Origin: Thecamonas trahens ATCC 50062 | Taxonomy: Eukaryota; Protista; Apusomonadida | Direction of reading: 5' to 3' | Length of the DNA: 64,000 nucleotides | NCBI RefSeq assembly: GCF_000142905.1 | Contig: NW_013657620.1 | Location: 124,001-188,000, forward strand | Position numbers and translations under genes: made by a program | Notes under the pieces: generated by a model | The model's input: the letters and a program-made list of their open reading frames with translations, nothing else | Databases searched by the model: none | Told to the model about the DNA's origin: nothing | Shown: in pieces, positions 57,122 to 64,000 of the stretch | Numbering within the stretch: the stretch's first letter is position 1 | How the letters are laid out: each line of letters begins with the position of its first letter

Positions 57122-58789
57122 CAGCACCGACGCCGAGTCGCTCTCTTCCTCGCTGCGTTCCTCTGACAACAAAACCACCGACGACAAGCTCCGCGCCGAG
57201 CCACTGCCTCCGGCCTCGGCCATCTCCACGCCCACTGCTGCCGCCTGCTTGCGCCGACCGCGGAACTCGCGGAGTGTGGTCCGCAGCACGAGCAGGAGCG
57301 CGAGACAGATGGCCGCGATGGCCATGACCACAAAGAGGGCGTGGGAGACAGGATTGGGAAAGTCATCGGCCCAGAAAAAGGCCCCGAGGAGGAGAAGAAA
57401 AATGACAATTGAGTCGAGCTGAAGCTCGAGCCTGTTGTGAGCAGGTAGGCGAAACGGCGCGAGCCGGAGCTGGATGGCGGCAAACGAGGCAAAGAGTACC
57501 ACAAGCAGGAAAATGAGCCACACCATGAGCCGAGAGAAGAACAGCGACGCCGCAACAAGTACCAGCCGCTTGCCGAGGAGCCACACTTCGTACATGTAGA
57601 ACTGCGGCTTGAAGGCGCGGTAGAGGATGCCGAGCTTGATCTGGATCTGTGGTTCGTGCAGTACCCGCCGCGACCGCCACAGCGCAATGCCCACGTACGC
57701 TGGAAGCCCGATGACGTACATGACCACTGCGTAGAGTCCAAACGGGAGCATTGTGTACCACTGCGCGTCGTAGCAGTTTTCGCCGACGTCAGCGTCAAGC
57801 ACGTACTCACCCGACGGGAGCCGCGTGCAGTCAAACAGCAGCAGCGAGCCGTGTGCCGCCGTGATGTACATCATCGGCCCAAGGACACAGAGTGCACGCT
57901 GGACAACCGCGCCCAACCGAACATGGCCCATACCACACAACCAACGCGCACATCCGGCAGCAAAAGCAATCAGTACCACAAGCGCCGTCGGGAGCAGAAC
58001 AGAGAGCACGTACGTCTCGACAAATCCGCCGAGCACGCACTCTGCACCCACCAGCGAGATGGTGAGGTTGAAAATCGAAAAGGTGTTGAGGAGCGCAAAG
58101 ACCGCGCTGGGCCATTTGAGTAGCGTCGCCGAGCCGATGACCGCAAGCGTCTGCACAAACAGCACGCCAGCCTTGACTCCGTGCGGCAGCGAGGCCAGGG
58201 CCCGCATATCCTCCCCACGTCGGTACGTTAAGCGGATTACGCCTGCCAGTCCGGCCACCAGCACCACCGCCAGCGCCACCAGAAACGTCGCAAACGCCGC
58301 CCGCGCGTAGCCTGGACACATGGCACAATCGCCGTCAGCATCGGTGTAGTACCCGCTGCCACATACCCGGCACATAAAACCGCTCGTGCCCTCGGCGCAC
58401 TGCGAGTCCGCCATGCACGCGCTAGGTCGCGGGCACGCCTCCAGCTGCAGTACCGCGCCAGTCACGTTGGAGACATCAAAGTAGCCAGCCGCTGCAGACG
58501 GCCGCCGCAGCGAGTCGCCGACGCACACGCCGCCGCGTGGGCACGCCACACACGCCACATCCGGTACGAGCCGAGGCGCATAGTACCCGGGCTTGCACAC
58601 GCATGGCGGGGCAAACAAGGTACTGCCCTTGGACACGCGTCGGGTGTGGTCCGGGCATGCTGGATACGCCACGCACGCTTCGGCAGAGAGCGTGTACGAG
58701 AACGATCCCTCGGAACACGGTGCGCAGATGAGCGGGCTGGCCGCAAACATACCGTAACCGGCCGGACATGCATCCACCCGTACCGACAT
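57107..58789 (-). CDS. Cys-rich (ephrin-receptor-like/GCC2-GCC3) repeats followed by a multi-pass (about 7-8 TM) membrane domain; no signal peptide, possibly N-terminally truncated
   Basis: CPAGY...CAPCSEGSFS, CVCKPGYY...CVACPRGGVC, CAEGTSGFMCRVCGSGYY...CAMCP. TM region with LFDC...LDAD...CY, LGILYRAFKPQFYMYE, PF...HNRLE. Confidence 0.8.
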   Translation of the reverse strand: MSVRVDACPAGYGMFAASPLICAPCSEGSFSYTLSAEACVAYPACPDHTRRVSKGSTLFAPPCVCKPGYYAPRLVPDVACVACPRGGVCVGDSLRRPSAAAGYFDVSNVTGAVLQLEACPRPSACMADSQCAEGTSGFMCRVCGSGYYTDADGDCAMCPGYARAAFATFLVALAVVLVAGLAGVIRLTYRRGEDMRALASLPHGVKAGVLFVQTLAVIGSATLLKWPSAVFALLNTFSIFNLTISLVGAECVLGGFVETYVLSVLLPTALVVLIAFAAGCARWLCGMGHVRLGAVVQRALCVLGPMMYITAAHGSLLLFDCTRLPSGEYVLDADVGENCYDAQWYTMLPFGLYAVVMYVIGLPAYVGIALWRSRRVLHEPQIQIKLGILYRAFKPQFYMYEVWLLGKRLVLVAASLFFSRLMVWLIFLLVVLFASFAAIQLRLAPFRLPAHNRLELQLDSIVIFLLLLGAFFWADDFPNPVSHALFVVMAIAAICLALLLVLRTTLREFRGRRKQAAAVGVEMAEAGGSGSARSLSSVVLLSEERSEEESDSASVLSVSG

Positions 58790-58850
58790 CCGAGTCGGAT
58801 GTCTGTCTCGCGGGCAGGAATGGAATGAACGGTTACGAGGTGGTTTAGGA

Positions 58851-61800
58851 CTACAAAGCCTTGTTGAGGTTTTGCTGGAGGCGGGCGAGCTCCTCCTCCA
58901 TGCGGCGGACCTTTTCCTGGCGCTCAAACTTCTCGCGGATGGAGAGCGAGCGGTTGCCGTTGTCGGCAACGTCGTCCTCGATAGAGGCCTCGACGGTGGA
59001 GACGAGGTCGCGGGTGGCGCGCTTGACAGCCTTGGCAGCCTTGTCGAGACGGACCTGCGGTTCCGAGACGAGCGAGGCGGCCTTGGCACGGGCGGCCATG
59101 ACGAGGTGGGCTGTGGCAGAGGACACAACCTGCGACGCGGCGACGATGTAGGCGTCGTCGCCATCACCCTTGACAAAGGCGTCGGCGTAGATGACGAGCT
59201 GCTCGGTAGCAGCGACAACTTCGCGTGCGGCGGAGACAAGACCCTCAGCCCACTTGGGGTCGGCATGGAAGACTTCCCCGTCGTGAGTGGCGCCCGATGC
59301 CACGATTTCAGCCTGAGCAAGCTGTGCGGCACGGACAAGCTCTGCGGTGGCGTCGGCCATGCCGAGGCATGAGCCGAGGAGCGATGACGAGTAGCGGGCC
59401 GAGGCCGAGGCGAGCGCAGCCTGCTCGGCCTGGAGCTCGCGGAGGCGGGCGGCGGCGGCGTCAATCGAGTCGGCGGCCGAGTTGAGTGCGCGCTCGGCAA
59501 CGTCTGCGGGCGCATCCGAGAGGTCAGCGGGTGCCTGACCGAGGAACGAGGCGACGCCGACAAGGTCTGCGACAGCAGTACCGACGGCGCGCGAGGCCGG
59601 CGCGAGATCACTCGGCTCGGCGCTCACATCCTGCATGCGCTCGAGAAGAGTAGCCAGGGCATCGGCAAGGGCGCGGGCGGCAGAGAGGAGGCCCGAGACG
59701 TCAGCGTCTGGCAGACCCGGGGCGGCGGCGGCGGCAGCGACAAGGGCGAGGAGCGGCACTGCAGAGGCAGCAAGATCGTTTGCACGGGCAGCAATGACGT
59801 CCTGGCCCTTTGTCGACGCAAAGTAGAGCTTTGCAGCGGCGGTGTTTGTGGCCTTGGCAGCCGGAATGAGCTCCTCACCCGAGACAGAGCCATGAGCGCC
59901 GGCGGGTGACGCAGCGCCGGCGGCGAGCTCGTCGCGAGCCTTTGCAATCTTGGCGGCCGCTGAGAGGAGCGCCTTTGTGCCAGCCATGGCGTCCGCGGCG
60001 GTCTCCTTTGCGGCGTTGATCATGGCGGCGATGGCCATGGCCACGGCCTTCGCGGCCGCCTTGACAGCCTTCTTGGCGTGCTTCTTGGCGCCGCCAGAGG
60101 CCTCGCCGTTGGCCTGGCAGGCGTCGATGAAAGTGACAAAGGCAGTCGCGAGGGCCTTGGCGGCGTTGAGAAGTGGGATTTGGAGGGCGGCGGCGTCGAG
60201 GCCCGAAGCGGCCGCGACGACGATGAGCACGAGGTGCTTGACGGCCTCAGCCGAGTGAAGAGCGATGGTGCCGAGAGCAGCGAGCGGGCCGTCGGCAGCC
60301 TTGAGCATCTCCGACACGGCGTGGGCGACGGTCTTGCACTGAGCGTCGATGGCGTTCTCGTGCGACTTGTACGACTGGGTGGCGCGGACGTAGAGCTGCT
60401 CGTTCGAGGCGAGGTAGAGCGAGGTGGAGAGCTCGACAAGGGCCTCCTCGATGACGCGCTTGGCCTCCTCCGACTCCTTTTGCAGGGCGCCGACAGCCTT
60501 GGAGGCGAGGAGCAGGCCAGTGATGTCCTTAGTGACGGCTTCCGAGGCGCCCGATACACCAGCCTTGGCTGCAGCGTCTTTTGGGGAGAGTTCGACGGCC
60601 TTGGCAGCCTCGACGAGGCCGATGCAAGCGTCGGCGAGTGAGCGCATGGCGGCGTCGAGGGCTGCGGCAGCGTCGGTGCCGGCCACCAGCGCCGACTCGC
60701 CGATGACAACGGCAACAAGGTCTGGGAAGATCTTTGCAGCGTCTTTGGAGGCGGCGCCGAGCTCGCTGGGCGTGTCCTTGGAGGCGTGGACGATCTTGGC
60801 CATGGCGCCGACGAGGCGCTTGGCGGCAGCGCGCAGGGCGCGCTCGAGCTCCTTGTGCGCCTTGGTGGCCGGCGGGGCAAGCTTGCGGTCAAGGGCACGG
60901 GTCGCGTTCTCGATGTTGACGATGGCAACGTCGCAGTCGTGGCCCGACGCCGCGAGCGAGCCCAGAAAGTCGACAAGGGCCTGGAGCGTCTCAAGGGTCA
61001 GCGCGTTTCCGGTCTGGGTGGCCTTGAGCGCGCCACGAGCATCCGGGTCGCCTCCTGCGTCGCGGGCGGCGCTACAAACCGAGTTTGCCTGCTCCACGAC
61101 GTCCTTGGCGAGGCGGAGGGTCTGGGCGGCCGACGCAACGTCGGCCGAAGTGGTGGCGACGGTGAGTGCGGCGGCTCCAAACTTGCCCACGACACCGGCG
61201 AGGCTGTCTCCGGCGGTAGCGAGCGCCTTGGGCGAGGTGCCTGCGGCGAGAACAAGAGCGTTGAGAGCGTCTGAAAGCTCGCGAGCAGCCACAAGAAGGT
61301 CGTTGACATGCAGTCCGTGATCGGGGCTCGGAGCGAGCGCGAGGGCACCGACCGAGATGTTGAGGCCGGCGTCGGCGAGTTTGGCGACGACGGTCGAGCC
61401 TGTGGCAATGGCGCGCTCGCAAGCGGCCTCGCCCGGACCTGCGTAGCGGGTGGCATCAATGAGCGCGTCAAGAGCGTCAGCGACGGGCGCGGCGGCAGAT
61501 GAGAGCATGGCCGACGAGGAGGCGTCGTCGGGCGCGGCCGTCGACATCTTGGCGGCGCCAACCAGGTGGCCGAGGGCGTCGGCAAGCTCGGCGGCGAGCG
61601 AGAGAAGATTGAGCTGGGCAGCAACGCCTGGCGGGAGCTGGCCGAGGCTAGCGGCCGGGCCTAAGGCGGCGAGGGCAACACTGGAGAGGCTGCCCGAGTC
61701 CGGGTTTGTCAACGCAGCGTCTCCAGTCGCAGCCGAGGCGTCGATCATCTCGCGCTGGCGCAGCGCGAGAGCGAGAGCGGCCGAGGAGGATGCGGCCGAG

Positions 61801-64000
61801 GCGCGGCCAGTTGAGGCAAAGCGGATCTTGGCAAACTCGTTGAGCTTTGTGCACTTGACGGCAACATTTTTGGCCCGCGAGAGGAACTTGGAGTGCAAGT
61901 CCGAGTCGTCTCGCTTGGGCACGTAGGCGCCTGCAGCGAGAATGAGCTTGCGGGCGGCCTTTTGGAGGGCGGTGGCGTAGACTGCCATCTCGTTGACGAC
62001 AGCGTCGTCGTCAACGAGTTCGGCCTTGTCGTTGAGTGCAGAGGCGAGGGCCATGACGGCGCGGCCGACGGCGGCGACGGTCTTGAGCAGGGCCTTGTCG
62101 GGCTTGTGGGCCGAGTCAGCCTGGATCATGGTGCGAATGGCGTCGAGGCAGTCCTTGACGGCTGGCTTGAAGGCGGCTGGTGAGAGGCCCGATGGCCCGG
62201 TACCCGGGAGCGAGGCGGCGGCGGTGAGGACCGCGTCAACAACGGTGACGGTTACGTCAGCGAGCTCAACCGATGCAGCACCTGTCTTCTTGGCCTTGCC
62301 TGCCTTGGCGTAGAGGGCGAGCTGGTCGGTGGCCTGCGAGAGCTCCTTGGCGGCACCGAGGAGCTCAGCCTGTGCCGACTTGAAGGCAGCCTCGTCGCCG
62401 TCGGGCAGCTCGTCGAGAACGAGGCGTTTTGCAGCAGCTTCGATGCGCTGTGCGGCGAGCTCGCAGTTGGCGGCGACTGAATCGCCTTCGACCATCTCGC
62501 CCGAGGCGAGGGCGCGAAGGAGGACCTCGAGGGCCGAGGCCGCTGAGTCTGCAGCGGCGCGGAGGGCGGTGGCGGTGTCGGGAGAGTCAAAGTCACAGGC
62601 GTAGGCCTTTGTGGCGGCGAGGGCGGCAACGATCGACTCGGCAGCAGCGCGGGCCGAGGCGACAATGGAGGCGCGGGCGGTGGAGACCGAGGTGAGGGCG
62701 GCGCAGTTCATGGAGAGGGCGAGGACAGACTTGACAAGGTCGAGAACAGTGGAGACAGCGTGGGAGAGGGCGTCCGGCGACTCGTTGGCGGCCGGGTGGA
62801 GCTGCAGGAGGCCGGAAGCGAGGGCGCGGACAGCGCCTGAGAGCTCCACCTTGGCATCATCAAAGACGTCGTCGGCATCGACGGGCGGGAGAGCACGCGG
62901 ATCAAGGCAGGCGGCGGCGGCCTCGATCTGAGAAATGGCGACGTCGATGGTGCCGATGCCCGGGAGAGCCTGGCGGAGGGCGACAAGGGTAGCGGAGAGA
63001 GCAGTAGCGGTGGCGTCGAGCTTGTGGGCGAGCTGAGGGTCCGAGTTGTGGAGCATGCCAGCCTTTGCAACGAGGGCAAAGGCGAGGGTGGCATCTGCGG
63101 CATCCTTGCCTGCAACTAGGCAGGCGCTCGTGGTTGCGGACGACGACGAGTTGACGGCGACAGCCTCTGCGGCATCGACGAGGTATTGGATCTCGTCGGC
63201 CATGGCCTTGATGGACGATGAGAGCTCCGCTGCGCGGGCGTCGAGGACGGCGGCAGAGGTGAGCACGATGAAGCCGGCCATGGAGGTGAGGTTGGAAAGG
63301 AGCTCGTCCTGGGCGGACTGCTGGGTGGCGTTGGACTCTGGGGCAAGGGTACCTGCGGCGTGATCGGCTAGGGCGCCTGTGACGTCGTCGATCGACTCGC
63401 GCATGTTGGCGAGGGCGTCGTCAACCTCGAGCTGCCAGCAGGCGGTGGAAGCATCCTTGAGCGAGGCCTTGAGGGTGGCAAGGGCGTCTGCGAGGGCCTG
63501 TGCGGCGGAGAGGAGGTAAATGGAGTCGTCGGAGAGGGCAGCAGCGGCCTTGCCAACTTGAGCAAGGATGGTGAACTTGCGAATGGCGGTGCCTGCGGAC
63601 GAGATGAGCTCGGCTTGGTAGGCCGAGTCGTTTGGCGCAGCGAGGAAGACGTAGAGCGCGTGGGTGAGTGCGTCTGCTGGCGCGGTGACTGCGGTCATGG
63701 CGCGGTCGAGGTCGGCCTTGCGCGACTGGTTTCGGATGTCGTTGAGTTCGAGGGCGGCTTCGGTGACGGTGAGTTCGACGGCGGCAAGGGTGGACTTGGA
63801 GGCGGCGACGAGGGTGTTCATGGCGGCGATGCGAGTGCGGACCATCATAAACTGGGAGGCGTAGTCGCCGACGTTGGCTGCGGCGGTGATCGTCTTTGCG
63901 CGCTTCTTCTCCGAGTCAAGCGACTTGGAGAGCGAGGTGGAAGCCGAAATGAGGTTCATCATGGCCTCGGAGAGGTCCTTGGCGGCGGCAAGGAGCGACT
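58851..64000 (-). CDS. TLN: Talin (rod helical bundles + C-terminal I/LWEQ actin-binding domain and dimerisation helix); 5'-partial
   Basis: Ala-rich amphipathic bundles. AERALNSAADSIDAAAARL, DPKWAEGLVSAAREV, IVAASQVVSSATAHLVMAARAKA, RLDKAAKAVKRATRDLV, FERQEKVRRMEEEL. The frame is open to the window end. Confidence 0.9.
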   Translation of the reverse strand, partial: SLLAAAKDLSEAMMNLISASTSLSKSLDSEKKRAKTITAAANVGDYASQFMMVRTRIAAMNTLVAASKSTLAAVELTVTEAALELNDIRNQSRKADLDRAMTAVTAPADALTHALYVFLAAPNDSAYQAELISSAGTAIRKFTILAQVGKAAAALSDDSIYLLSAAQALADALATLKASLKDASTACWQLEVDDALANMRESIDDVTGALADHAAGTLAPESNATQQSAQDELLSNLTSMAGFIVLTSAAVLDARAAELSSSIKAMADEIQYLVDAAEAVAVNSSSSATTSACLVAGKDAADATLAFALVAKAGMLHNSDPQLAHKLDATATALSATLVALRQALPGIGTIDVAISQIEAAAACLDPRALPPVDADDVFDDAKVELSGAVRALASGLLQLHPAANESPDALSHAVSTVLDLVKSVLALSMNCAALTSVSTARASIVASARAAAESIVAALAATKAYACDFDSPDTATALRAAADSAASALEVLLRALASGEMVEGDSVAANCELAAQRIEAAAKRLVLDELPDGDEAAFKSAQAELLGAAKELSQATDQLALYAKAGKAKKTGAASVELADVTVTVVDAVLTAAASLPGTGPSGLSPAAFKPAVKDCLDAIRTMIQADSAHKPDKALLKTVAAVGRAVMALASALNDKAELVDDDAVVNEMAVYATALQKAARKLILAAGAYVPKRDDSDLHSKFLSRAKNVAVKCTKLNEFAKIRFASTGRASAASSSAALALALRQREMIDASAATGDAALTNPDSGSLSSVALAALGPAASLGQLPPGVAAQLNLLSLAAELADALGHLVGAAKMSTAAPDDASSSAMLSSAAAPVADALDALIDATRYAGPGEAACERAIATGSTVVAKLADAGLNISVGALALAPSPDHGLHVNDLLVAARELSDALNALVLAAGTSPKALATAGDSLAGVVGKFGAAALTVATTSADVASAAQTLRLAKDVVEQANSVCSAARDAGGDPDARGALKATQTGNALTLETLQALVDFLGSLAASGHDCDVAIVNIENATRALDRKLAPPATKAHKELERALRAAAKRLVGAMAKIVHASKDTPSELGAASKDAAKIFPDLVAVVIGESALVAGTDAAAALDAAMRSLADACIGLVEAAKAVELSPKDAAAKAGVSGASEAVTKDITGLLLASKAVGALQKESEEAKRVIEEALVELSTSLYLASNEQLYVRATQSYKSHENAIDAQCKTVAHAVSEMLKAADGPLAALGTIALHSAEAVKHLVLIVVAAASGLDAAALQIPLLNAAKALATAFVTFIDACQANGEASGGAKKHAKKAVKAAAKAVAMAIAAMINAAKETAADAMAGTKALLSAAAKIAKARDELAAGAASPAGAHGSVSGEELIPAAKATNTAAAKLYFASTKGQDVIAARANDLAASAVPLLALVAAAAAAPGLPDADVSGLLSAARALADALATLLERMQDVSAEPSDLAPASRAVGTAVADLVGVASFLGQAPADLSDAPADVAERALNSAADSIDAAAARLRELQAEQAALASASARYSSSLLGSCLGMADATAELVRAAQLAQAEIVASGATHDGEVFHADPKWAEGLVSAAREVVAATEQLVIYADAFVKGDGDDAYIVAASQVVSSATAHLVMAARAKAASLVSEPQVRLDKAAKAVKRATRDLVSTVEASIEDDVADNGNRSLSIREKFERQEKVRRMEEELARLQQNLNKAL

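Noticed and set aside
58789-59611. Talin-7TM fusion by frameshift
   Set aside because: Talin ends normally after its dimerisation helix, and a cytosolic rod joined directly to disulfide-type repeats without a TM segment is topologically implausible.
1-64000. Prokaryotic origin, operon or prophage interpretation
   Set aside because: Spliceosomal introns and core eukaryotic genes (UPF2, SSU72, HDAC3, DNAL1, talin, SLC25) occur throughout. The bacterial-like genes are embedded among them with similar composition.

Overview
GC-rich, gene-dense, intron-poor eukaryotic nuclear DNA from a flagellated protist. It carries spliceosomal GTAC...CTAAC...YAG introns, axonemal dynein LC1, polycystin-2, talin, UPF2, Ssu72 and HDAC3. 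The gene set and composition suggest an apusomonad such as Thecamonas, but that is inference. I can support about 25 protein-coding genes and see three assembly gaps. No rRNA, tRNA, CRISPR array or intact mobile element is evident. The most notable observations are: (1) Ssu72 CTD phosphatase fused behind a BRWD/PHIP-type Tudor-like module; (2) a CK2-alpha-like kinase whose basic substrate-recognition cluster is replaced by an acidic one; (3) a receptor with a bacterial-type solute-binding protein + Fn3-like ectodomain and an intracellular kinase / dead cyclase / pseudokinase; (4) a GT61-SGNH fusion; (5) an NTT/TLC-family nucleotide transporter; (6) a DNAL1 tail with three RRxS sites; (7) five genes each broken by an apparent single missing base in a C/G run (probably sequencing error, but recoding is not excluded); (8) all eight convergent gene pairs abut or overlap; (9) a 6x16-bp hairpin-forming tandem array. 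All family assignments come from motif recognition by eye; no searches were run.
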